Source: Candidatus Bathyarchaeota archaeon (lineage in GTDB: Archaea > Thermoproteota > Bathyarchaeia > Bathyarchaeales > Bathycorpusculaceae). From it: a stretch of 41,799 nt of DNA. The notes under the pieces were generated by a model. It worked only from the letters and a program-made list of their open reading frames with translations. It did not search any database and was not told where the DNA came from. Location of the stretch: the NCBI GenBank assembly GCA_963770935.1, contig CAVYRJ010000015.1, positions 1 through 41,799 on the forward strand, written 5' to 3'. How positions within the stretch are numbered: position 1 is the stretch's first letter; every line of letters begins with the position of its first letter. Made by a program: the position numbers and the translations under genes. This document shows, in pieces, positions 10,161 through 18,986 of this stretch.

Positions 10161-10412
10161 TTAACGCTTACGCGTTTCTATTATACCTCGGCATTTGTCG
10201 GCGTACTGGCAGTATTCTAGGCATGCGGCAGACTTGTCGGGGCGTTTCCATTCGGCTCCGCAGCTGGGGCAGGTCGTTTTGTCTTCATCACTCCAGATTT
10301 CCAGGTCGCCACCGCACACGTGGCATTTGATGTAATCTGGTTTTGGCTGTAGCAGATCGCGCAAGCCAGGGCAGGTTTCAGGATTTTTTATGATTTTGTC
10401 TTTAGAGCTCAA
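10161..10412 (-). CDS. Small Cys-rich zinc-ribbon or Fe-S protein
   Basis: CPG, CHVCG..LEIWSDE, CPSCG and CLEYCQYADKC. Overlaps the stop of the upstream Fe-S gene. Confidence 0.8.
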   Translation of the reverse strand: MSSKDKIIKNPETCPGLRDLLQPKPDYIKCHVCGGDLEIWSDEDKTTCPSCGAEWKRPDKSAACLEYCQYADKCRGIIETRKR

Positions 10413-11047
10413 CTACTTCACCTCCAATCTTAACTTCGTATTCTTTAATTGGAATTTTTTTGCCTGAACCTTCAATCGCCTTGGTTACCGCCCATTTTAA
10501 GCCTGTGCAGCAGGGCACTTCCATGTGAACAACGGTTACGGAGGCAATGTTGTTCTGTTGGAAAATTTCGGTTAGTTTTTGGGCATAGGCTCTTGCGTCG
10601 TCGAATTTTGGGCATCCTATGATAACTCGTTTTCCAGGCAAAAGTGTGGTTTGGAAGTTTTTGAGCGCAACTGGAGCGCAGTCCGCGGTGAGCAAGAGAT
10701 CAGCGTTTTCCCAGAAAGGCGCTTTCACTGGGACAAGGTTAAGTTTTATGGGCCATTGGGGCTTTTGCGGCGCTGTACTGGGTTGGGTGGTAAGTGTTGA
10801 TGTTTTGGTTTTTGAGATGTTCATGAACCTCTGCTTCGTTGAAGGCTTCGGCTTCACGTTCAGTTATGGTTATTGCTCCTTGAGGGCATTGTCCCAAGCA
10901 GGCTCCTAGTCCATCGCAGTAGGTTTCTTTGATTATTTTTGCTTTACCGTCCACGATTTGAAGGGCGCCTTCTGCGCATTTGGGGACGCAGTTGCCGCAT
11001 CCATTGCAGAGAGATTCGTTTATGTTTACGATTTTTCTTTTTATCAT
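10402..11047 (-). CDS. 4Fe-4S dicluster protein with C-terminal ADC/CPK/MEVPCC domain, frameshift near 10805
   Basis: CNGCGNCVPKC and CDGLGACLGQCP ferredoxin motifs. The second part has QWPIKL.LVP, LLTADC, IGCPKFD and MEVPCCTGL. Confidence 0.85.
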
Positions 11048-11368
11048 TTAATTTTCTCCTTTTAGGCATTTTCCGCCTGTTGGGCAGAATTCTTGAGCGT
11101 GGTTTTCGATGGCTTCAAAAATGGGCTTTAATGTGTGTTGGTTGACAGTGTAGATGTGTTTCTTTCCTTGTTTTTCGATGGTGATGAGGTTGCATTCGAG
11201 TAGGGGTTTTAGGTTGTGGGAGATCATGCTTTGTTCTTGTCCCAGCGTAGTTGCGAGTTCGCTAACGCTCATTGGTTTGTCCATTAGTTGTTCGAGTGCG
11301 GCGAGGCGGGTGGGGTTTGCTAGGTTTGTGAAGAATCTGTGGCAAATTTTTGTTAGCCCTTTTTTCAT
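11048..11368 (-). CDS. ArsR/SmtB family repressor
   Basis: FFTNLANPTRL...MSVSELA...QSMISHNLKPL wHTH, with C-terminal H...FCP.GGKC potential metal or redox ligands. Confidence 0.9.
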   Translation of the reverse strand: MKKGLTKICHRFFTNLANPTRLAALEQLMDKPMSVSELATTLGQEQSMISHNLKPLLECNLITIEKQGKKHIYTVNQHTLKPIFEAIENHAQEFCPTGGKCLKGEN

Positions 11369-11393
11369 TTGTTTCCATCTTTCCTTTAATTAC

Positions 11394-11425
11394 ATGAATA
11401 ATAATTCATATGAATTTATATTCAT
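11394..11425. promoter_or_regulatory. Tandem ArsR/SmtB-type operators
   Basis: ATGAAT-AATA-ATTCAT (11394-11409) and ATGAAT-TTAT-ATTCAT (11410-11425), overlapping minus-strand TATA TTTATATG (11423-11430). Confidence 0.8.
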
Positions 11426-11479
11426 ATAAAGTTAATGGTTTAAAAAAACAGATTCAACAAAAAAATCGCTCAATGTGCT

Positions 11480-11689
11480 TTAAAGTTTGTATCTTTCCAA
11501 ATCAGTTTGAGAACCACACTGTGGAGTAACAAAATAAAAAATTGCCCCACACTTGCTGCAACTATACTCCTGATTCTTGCTACGCTCAACCGCCAATGAA
11601 CCACATTTTGGGCATCGTATAGCAACCTTAGACGTAGTTGATCCTCTCCAGTTTAGCGTAAACCATTTTACTAATAAATATTGCTTCAA
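11480..11689 (-). CDS. Small CPxCG zinc-ribbon protein, start uncertain
   Basis: IRCPKCGS...YSCSKCG. RBS GGAGAGG at 11643-11649 suggests a start near 11635. Confidence 0.65.
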   Translation of the reverse strand: MKQYLLVKWFTLNWRGSTTSKVAIRCPKCGSLAVERSKNQEYSCSKCGAIFYFVTPQCGSQTDLERYKL

Positions 11690-11993
11690 GCCAAGTTTTA
11701 GAGGACAAGGTTTTTGAGTGTGGCTGTTTTCTATTGCTGGCTAAGGTTGAATGATTTGTCCAAAAAAGCAAAGAAAGCTGAAGGCTTAGAACATCACAAG
11801 AAACTACAACGAGAAAAAGACCAAAAACGAAAAGAGAGAAAACAGGTCTCACTTCCAGCAAAACATGCCAGCAAAGGCAAAAAATAGCTTTGTAAAGCAC
11901 CCGTTTGCCATTCATCCATTTTTACTTTCATTATAATACGAAAATCGCAGTTAATCAAAAAGACAAAAAAAGTAAATCATGACAAGTGATTTT

Positions 11994-13907
11994 TCAGGCT
12001 TCGTTAATTCTTGAAATAATTTTCAATTGCGTTTCTTGAAGTAGAGCATCAAACCACTTCCTGATACAATAACAAATATTATTGCAGCCCAAAGCCACCA
12101 TTGAAACCAAATTGGCTGGCAGCGGGATATTAACGGTGTTGCTGATTTGGAGTTCATCTATAGTGCAAATTGAGTCGTGGCCGATGTAGATTTCGTTTTG
12201 ACGTGATATAGCGCCCGTGGGATTTGCGTCTCCATATGTAGTGTATACTGCTTGCTCTTGTCCATTAACATAAATGTGCATCCCTGTGGTTAAGCTACGA
12301 GTGAAAACTACATGAATCCATTTGTTAAGTGACACAACTGATTCTTTAGTTACAATCTCGTTAAAAACACCGTTCTTTGTGAATACGTATCCTCGAAGTG
12401 CACCCACTTGTGGGGAACTTGCGTTTCTGGGAGCTTCTCCATTGATGGCTAACCCAAATGTTCTCGTTGGCGTGGCATTGATTGTTCTAGCACATTCGAC
12501 AAGAATGTTGTTGTAGGCCACACCATCTTTGAAGGATTGAACATTTATCCACGCTTCCACAGTTGTTTCCTCAGAGGTTTCCAGGCTAAGTGAAGGAGGT
12601 ACGTTTACGTACGAGTGACCATCGAAGCTTAAGGCTGCTCCGAATTTTCCTTCTACTGCCATTGGTGTGAATAATTTGTTTACCGTTTTTGGTCCAAGAG
12701 TTGCAGGGTTTTTGCCTGTGGAGTCTGGGGTGATGCCGTTGGAATCAATTGAGTCAAATGACCAAGAGGCAACTAAGCTGTTAGGGGCTGCGGTTGGAGA
12801 AGAGTTTGGGGATGGTACATTTCTCAAGTTTGAGGTATCGTACGGAGTCCAGAGAGGGTAGTTATCAATATTGCTAGCGTGAATTAGATAAGGAGTATTA
12901 CCTATACCCGAAGTGTTAATTTGTTTAGCGTTTGGGTATCTTGTGAGGTAATCGCTCCAGTAATTTCCGCCTAACTCAAACCCATTATCCCAGCGCTCTA
13001 CAGGTAAAGAAGAATTGTCAAATGCGTTATTACTGTTGTTTACAAAGTTGTTGCGATAGAAAGTGTTATCGTGAGATGCGGCTAATTGAGGCGAAATAAA
13101 AATACCCCACTTGTTTTCCTTGAAATCATTCGATGAAACTATGTTTTGAGAGCCTGCGAAAAAGAGTCCAGATTCAATGTTGGAAGCGATAAGGTTTCCG
13201 AATATTACGGAGTAAGAGGAACCAAAACCGATGCCACGGTAATTATTTTCGATTCTGTTTTTCGCGATAGTGTTTAAGTAACCTTCCATTGCAATTCCTG
13301 AAACGCCGTTTTCGGTGATTTCGTTTTCGGAAATATTGTTGTATGAGCTGCCTAAGAAGCGGATGCCGTCTTTGAGGTTTGCGGTTATTGTGTTTTTAGA
13401 TATTTTTGTGTATGATTGGATTGAGCAAAAGATGCCATAGTAGTTATTTTGGATAATGTTGCCTGTTATGGTGGCGTGGTCGCCTTGGATATTGATGCCG
13501 GTTGCGTAGTAGGAGGTGTTTGAGTACTTGAGGCTTTTAATGGTGAACCCTGAAACATTCACTTTGTCCGCGGTTATTTCAATCACCGAATTTGCGCCCC
13601 GTTCAATTCCACCAGCTCCAATTAAAATCGTATTATGGGCATCCTCGCCTACAATCGAAATCGATTTGTTGATTTGCAAGTTCTCATAATAGACACCTGC
13701 CCTCACCAAGATGACGTCGCCCTCAGACGCATGGCTGATAGCTTCATTTATTGTGGGGTAATCCTGAGGAACAGTAAATGTTTTGGAAGCATTGCTCGTC
13801 GGGAAATTAAGTATCCAAATTGCAGAGAAAACGATTATTGTTAGAGTCAAAGTCTTCATGATAGCTTTTTTTTCTGCGTTCGGCAACAATCTGATTTGAA
13901 GGTTCAT
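11994..13907 (-). CDS. Cell-surface protein with NosD/CASH parallel beta-helix and LamG-like domain
   Basis: Signal peptide (probable start ATG 13859), TVPQDYPTINEAI, N-rich beta-helix repeats, GNYWSDY, then LamG motifs (VASWSFD, GKFGAALSFDG, W.HVVFT, IYVNG, IDELQI). A frameshift near 12115 restores the TM anchor QWWLWAAIIFVIVSGSGLMLYFKKRN ending at 12023. Confidence 0.88.
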   Translation of the reverse strand: MNLQIRLLPNAEKKAIMKTLTLTIIVFSAIWILNFPTSNASKTFTVPQDYPTINEAISHASEGDVILVRAGVYYENLQINKSISIVGEDAHNTILIGAGGIERGANSVIEITADKVNVSGFTIKSLKYSNTSYYATGINIQGDHATITGNIIQNNYYGIFCSIQSYTKISKNTITANLKDGIRFLGSSYNNISENEITENGVSGIAMEGYLNTIAKNRIENNYRGIGFGSSYSVIFGNLIASNIESGLFFAGSQNIVSSNDFKENKWGIFISPQLAASHDNTFYRNNFVNNSNNAFDNSSLPVERWDNGFELGGNYWSDYLTRYPNAKQINTSGIGNTPYLIHASNIDNYPLWTPYDTSNLRNVPSPNSSPTAAPNSLVASWSFDSIDSNGITPDSTGKNPATLGPKTVNKLFTPMAVEGKFGAALSFDGHSYVNVPPSLSLETSEETTVEAWINVQSFKDGVAYNNILVECARTINATPTRTFGLAINGEAPRNASSPQVGALRGYVFTKNGVFNEIVTKESVVSLNKWIHVVFTRSLTTGMHIYVNGQEQAVYTTYGDANPTGAISRQNEIYIGHDSICTIDELQISNTVNIPLPANLVSMVALGCNNICYCIRKWFDALLQETQLKIISRINEA

Positions 13908-14065
13908 CCAAACTCACCAAACAAGAGTAGTGAAACACCTGAAATATTACTCTCCCTAGAGAACAGAGTGTTCTCCAAGCGGAACAGCAAAATTCCATAA
14001 AAATTGGTGCATATTTATGGGAAGTGGGGTCTGTCAATATTTCGTTCTTCATCTTCCCTATCAGA

Positions 14066-14109
14066 CTGGGACGGCGACATCATCCCCCGATGAATAAGCA
14101 CCGTCCCAG
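14066..14109. repeat. GC-rich hairpin upstream of the integrase
   Basis: CTGGGACGG (14066-14074) and CCGTCCCAG (14101-14109) form a perfect 9-bp stem with an inner TCATC-CCCC-GATGA stem. Confidence 0.75.
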
Positions 14110-14142
14110 ACTAAAAGGCCTTGGGTTAAAGGAGGAAAGAAA

Positions 14143-15097
14143 ATGAATCAAGAAACATAACCCAAGAACCCCAACAACAATAAACCGCAAGACCCCAAGA
14201 CATCGGAAAATTAAACATTCCAAACACAATGCTCTGGATGAAAAAAAACGCCTATGAAGCAAACAACCATTAAGACGAGTAGCCAAAGAGCTAAGACATT
14301 TAGAACGAAACTGCAACACAAGCAACCCCGAAGAAGTCAAACTCTTCATAGCAAAAAAGAATTGCTCAAACGCAAGAAAAGAAAACCTAATAGAATCATA
14401 CAACTAGTGATAAAATCCTTAGGATTAACATGGAACAAGCCCTTTTACGAACGCTACGATAAGAAACGCAGAGCACCAAAAGAAGAACTCATAGACTTTA
14501 TGATTAATCACTTTCGCTTTGAAATGGCACTTAAACTAACCATGCTGAAAGACTTAGGAACACGTCCTAAAGAACTCCTATGGTTAACAGTCCAAGGACA
14601 TAGACCTAACACTGGAATCGTCAGCATAACAGGAGCAAAACACACAGTAGGACGAGATGGAAAATTAAAACCCAAATCAATGACACTACTAAAAGTCTAC
14701 ATAGAGAAGAGACGCCTAAAAGCAACAGTAAACTTTTCGAGCTCTCAAGCTCAGAATGTTTGAGGCGACTGTACGACATGCAAGAAACCGATTAGCCAAA
14801 GACTACAATATGCCAGAGCTCAAACAAATCTGCTTATATGATTTTAGACGTTTTCAAGGAACCTCCAAGAGATTACCACTTATCAGGCGGAACACATTCT
14901 ATGAATCAAAGCAATCACTCGGACACAAAGACTTCCGAAGCATAGAAAAATACATCAGCATATTTGATGACAGCAACGTAAACTGGATACCAGTAATATG
15001 CCACAACCAGAGCAGAAATAGAACAAGCCATCAAAGACGATTGCAATCTTAGTTTGCCAAGCAGAAGGAATAACAGTACTTCAAGAAACCAGCATAA
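14143..15097 (+). CDS. Tyrosine recombinase/integrase, multiply frameshifted
   Basis: RBS GGAGG at 14131-14135. Catalytic set LGTRPKELLWL (R), GAKH (K), YDFRR (xxxR), LGHK (H), EKYI (Y). The N-terminal part MLWMKKNAYE...NPEEVKLFIAKKNCSNARK is in other frames. Confidence 0.85.
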
Positions 15098-15109
15098 CCA
15101 CCTTTTCTT

Positions 15110-15787
15110 TTAGCTGGTAACTGAAGTTTCATTTGACTTGGTTAATTCAATGAGAAATTCAGGATAACGTGTTTCTCGCAAGGCATTACCAGTCGTTATG
15201 ACAAAAGCTGAGACAAGAACAAGCTCCGTCTTTAGGTCAAATTCTTCATTGACCGATCTTAACTCGACCGTTCGGAAGGGGGTCAAATTCGGTATGCGCG
15301 ATGGTCATTTCGGCAGACCGTTTGTTTATAATGGAAAGTTGAAGTCCTGATGATTTAGGAATGCTAATTTTTCCGCTAAAGTAGCATTGTCCAGATCTCG
15401 AACTTCTTAGCAGATTGCATTGTTTGAGTAAACATTCAAATTCAGGATGACACTGCATTAAAAACCTAGATCAATTGGTCGACAACAGTTGTAATCGACG
15501 ATTTCGAAGCAAAACCTAGATGAAGATAGTGCAATCCTGACCGTTTCAGTTTCGTTACTCGGAGCACAAAATTCAGACACTTCAGAAAGGAATTTACCTG
15601 CTGTTTTGAAGTATTTCCCTCGACTCAAAATTTTATTTGCGCAAGGTGCTAAAATTTTATGAGCGTAATCAGAATTCTTTATCGCTTCGACCATCGGTTT
15701 TAACTCAGATAGAAAGTCAATATACTCCTTACTGGAAAGAAGATTCTGAGTTAGTTTTTCACCCGTTAGTTCTGGCTTGTCACTCAA
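15110..15787 (-). CDS. Cargo protein, possible HEPN domain, frameshifted
   Basis: ORFs 15458-15787 and 15246-15458 plus a further frame ending TAA at 15110. Removing one base near 15303 gives RNDIAH, an R-x4-H motif. Confidence 0.5.
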
Positions 15788-16317
15788 TAGTATGACCCCT
15801 GCACGTTATCGCATCATGAGCTATTAAATTAATTGCAATTTAATAAATTAACAGACCAGCGCTTTGCTCCCGCTTGCGCGCTCGCTCCGCTTCGCTCTTG
15901 CCGAACTAACTCGCAAAAGCCAAACGTTTCCAATAGCTATACATCGATTTCCTCAGCACCCAAGACCCAAAAATGATTGAGACTTACCAAGCTCCTTTTG
16001 CTAACGTGGGTTTTTGCACAGCAAACAAACAGATAAAAAAGATAGGATTGCAGTATATCTTAAATATAGGCAAAGTTGACTTTCCAACTATCGAGCCATA
16101 GAAAAAAAGGGAAAAAATATTTTACCTTTAGTCATAGAAGGTTAATTTGCAATCATCAACTCCGGAAAATGCGAAACCGATCCCTCCTGGCAATTGGGTA
16201 CCGTCAAAGCCTATAGTAATGCGTTCCGTGAAGCCGAAGGGTTGCATGTTGCTGTTGGTCAATGATAATCTGCTGGTTGTTATAGTCAGTTGTAATCGGA
16301 GCATTGAGTCTTTAAGT

Positions 16318-16620
16318 CTACGGGCCTTCCTCTTCGCCTACTGGCTCAGCTGTTGTCTTTATTCCATTCTCCGAGGTTGGGCCACTCCAAAGCAGGTACA
16401 TGGGTTTTTCGTTTTGGAGAAGACCTATTGTATTCTCGAAGTCGGCTAAGTGGTAATGTAGGTTAACTCCGCTGGCGTTGTTGTCTGCTGGAAGAGCTGT
16501 CCCATCGGGTTTGAAGATAAGTTGCCCTATGAATTTTCCCGCACTCTTTAGCCAGATTCGCGGTGGGAATTTGTTGGAGGAATACATGACTTCATACTCA
16601 TCGATTTTTGTCAAAACCAA
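16318..16620 (-). CDS. Hypothetical protein, about 100 aa
   Basis: Strong RBS GGAGGTGA before TTG at 16620. Globular-looking sequence ending TTAEPVGEEE. Confidence 0.75.
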   Translation of the reverse strand: MVLTKIDEYEVMYSSNKFPPRIWLKSAGKFIGQLIFKPDGTALPADNNASGVNLHYHLADFENTIGLLQNEKPMYLLWSGPTSENGIKTTAEPVGEEEGP

Positions 16621-17305
16621 GATTATCACCTCCTCTTTTTTCCGCTTAAAAGAACGCAAAAGCTCTATTTAACGCGGTTTACTTATATGGTTTGTGCAGT
16701 AGATAGTCATAGGAAAACTGAAGCCAAGATTTTCTGATGTAGCCAAGATGATTCTCAATGGTTCTGCAGTGCTTATTGGCACTGAAATGGAGATATGACA
16801 AATCCCTAAAATGTACTGAAACTTCGTAAAAGGGCACATGGAAATTTACACCTCCCTTAGAATACTCTCCTCACGCGTAAGGAATCTGTTTTTATACGAG
16901 CAAATCGTGGTCAAAGGATTAGCGTATTAAGTCTCAACGCGATCAAGAATTCCTGAAAAAACACTCTTAACGGTGATACCAATCAATTATAGCGTCGCAG
17001 ACTTTTTTTGAATATCCACAACCTGGCAGCAAATCAAAAACAGACTCTATTTTGCTATCGTTTATCGCATTCATACCCTGAATCTCGATATTTCAGCTTA
17101 TAAATTATATGGATTGCGGTTAAACAATGTATAATTGTTGAACAACAATACAGAATTTTATAATTATTATAATCTTTTGGAGTTTTTAAATTCCCGCCTC
17201 AGAACTTTTACAGTCTTTCAACTTTGAAAAAACAACAGCTGGACAGCCATATTTATTAATAAATCCATTAGCTCCTAAGGCAGATGCTTTCGCAGCTAGC
17301 AGAAT

Positions 17306-17530
17306 TTATTGCTTGAAAATAATTAAAAAATTCTCGGTTTTTTCGCATAGAACTCCTCTAATCTTAAGAAATAGCTCTATTTGGCTAGAGTCATACTCGC
17401 CTTTTATTTCAAGTTGAAATTTGTCTGGTTTCTTTTGTTCAATTAAAACTAGGTGCGGATGAACGTAACCATTAGCAACTAAGTCTGTAAATAGAGCCAC
17501 CGCTTCTTTCCTATTCAATGCGTTCCCCAA
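17306..17530 (-). CDS. Small hypothetical protein
   Basis: About 70-aa ORF (NRKEAVALF...FLIIFKQ) with plausible alpha/beta patterning. Confidence 0.6.
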   Translation of the reverse strand: MGNALNRKEAVALFTDLVANGYVHPHLVLIEQKKPDKFQLEIKGEYDSSQIELFLKIRGVLCEKTENFLIIFKQ

Positions 17531-17688
17531 AAGCCTTCTGAACGTACAATATTAATAACTCTTTGCATAACTGAACGGAACGAAGCTTGAAATAGAATTT
17601 AGCTGAAAAGCAAAAACTAAATTTCGAAAACTCTATTTGCTCTTGTGTAATAGCTTAAAAAAGAAAAGTGGATTATTGACTTATTCTT

Positions 17689-18324
17689 TTAGACAGTTGT
17701 TGGTGGAGGTAAGCCTGAAGCGGGGATGGGCTGTTCACTAGTCTTCAGTGTAAAGAAGGCAATTGCCAGTAACAGCGCTGCTATCCACATTAGGATTAAT
17801 CCAATTAATGGGACTATAGCGCCTATTAGCAACAGTAATCCAGCGGTTCCAAATAAGCCCACATTTGATTTGTTTGAAACTTGTTTTAGCGAGCGATAAA
17901 TAAAGAATGCTGCAATTATAGCGAAAACCCAAACTATTACCAAAACAACGAGTAGCCCTCCGATAAGTGGAAAGATAGCGGATGGATCAATGTTGGTGTT
18001 AGGAGTCATGCCTTGAAGTGTTGACCACTCACCATTCCAGCCTGGATAGAGTTGCATTAAAAGATCCCTTAAGTTTGACAGGACAACTGCAAATGCAAGT
18101 ATACTTGTAATGATTCCGCCTACTATGATGATTGCGACACCATAAAGGGCATTGCTGAAGATGCCTCCTTCTTTGTAATAATTAGCTAAGCCACGTAAAG
18201 CAACCAAGATCAGTATTGCGCCTATGATACCGATTACCCATGTGTATTGAATGAAGGGTATTACGCCAATGAAAAGCAGTATTGCGCCTATGCCGCCTAA
18301 AGTTTTGCTTGATTCTAAAGTCAA
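17689..18324 (-). CDS. DUF996 family membrane protein, paralogue of 9465-10022
   Basis: MTLESSKTLGGIG...LFGTAGLLLLIGA...WIAALLLAIAFF with a PPPT tail. Confidence 0.85.
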   Translation of the reverse strand: MTLESSKTLGGIGAILLFIGVIPFIQYTWVIGIIGAILILVALRGLANYYKEGGIFSNALYGVAIIIVGGIITSILAFAVVLSNLRDLLMQLYPGWNGEWSTLQGMTPNTNIDPSAIFPLIGGLLVVLVIVWVFAIIAAFFIYRSLKQVSNKSNVGLFGTAGLLLLIGAIVPLIGLILMWIAALLLAIAFFTLKTSEQPIPASGLPPPTTV

Positions 18325-18440
18325 TTTGTTTTCCTCTAGATTTCTGTCACTATCATTAGGATAAAAGCTTTTTCATTCGGCATAGCAAACGTTGGTTCTT
18401 GGCCAATTGTAAACCATGAAGTAAGAATGCTAGATTATTG

Positions 18441-18761
18441 TTAATTGTTGTTTTCGAGTTGTCCCTGCAGAATATCGTAGTAAGTTTGCAGGTAGATTTT
18501 CCCTTTTTCAGTTATAGCATACACTTTTCTAGCGCGTCCATCCTTTTTTTGTTTACTGCTTTCGACAAAGCCTTTTTCTTCAAGACTCTTTAGTGTGGGG
18601 TAGAGTGATCCATGTCGAAGTTTCACGTTGAAATCTGATTCTACTTGTTTTTTGATTTTGTATCCCCATATTGGCTGGTTTTGTATAATGCGGAGGAGTT
18701 GGATATCTAGTAAGTTTCTGATTATGTGTTGTACAATTTCTTTTTTGTATGTTTCAGACAT
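18441..18761 (-). CDS. PadR family regulator
   Basis: WGYKIKK...GSLYPTLKSLEEKGFV...RKVYAITEKG. Confidence 0.92.
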   Translation of the reverse strand: MSETYKKEIVQHIIRNLLDIQLLRIIQNQPIWGYKIKKQVESDFNVKLRHGSLYPTLKSLEEKGFVESSKQKKDGRARKVYAITEKGKIYLQTYYDILQGQLENNN

Positions 18762-18918
18762 TGCTTTTCCTTGTTTGCAGTTGTTTGTGTATGGTTTGAT
18801 GTTTGGATTTATTTAGGTTATGTTAGAATTTTCGGTTGTTGTATTGCATGGTTATGTATTGGTATGCTTTTGATATGTATGAGGGTTTATATCGGTGTAG
18901 TAATACTAAGTACTCAAG

Positions 18919-18940
18919 ATATGTCCGAATAAGGACATAT
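18919..18940. promoter_or_regulatory. Palindromic operator, candidate PadR site
   Basis: ATATGTCC-GAATAA-GGACATAT perfect 8-bp inverted repeat, about 25 nt downstream of TATA TTTATATC (18886-18893). Confidence 0.7.
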
Positions 18941-18986
18941 TGTACACAAGTATAACAGAAAAACTGTTCAACAAAAATACACAAAG

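Larger units (their letters stand above)
14028..15857. mobile_element. Candidate compact integrase element (integrase plus one cargo gene)
   Basis: Integrase and convergent cargo lie between imperfect inverted repeats GGTCTGTCAAT (14028-14038) and ATTAACAGACC (15847-15857). Boundaries are inferred. Confidence 0.45.

Noticed and set aside
14026-14050. Tn3-like terminal repeat GGGGTCTG
   Set aside because: Only the first 8 bases resemble Tn3 ends. There is no DDE transposase and no 38-bp partner.
16128-16304. 58-aa minus-strand ORF downstream of 16318-16620 (MLRLQLTITTSRL...)
   Set aside because: No RBS or recognisable motif. It may be a remnant.
14143-16620. Classical integron
   Set aside because: No canonical attC consensus, only one candidate site, the cargo is convergent with the integrase, and no IntI-specific insertion is recognisable.
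16660-17300. 640-bp ORF-free region
   Set aside because: No convincing repeat, C/D layout or hairpin could be identified by eye.
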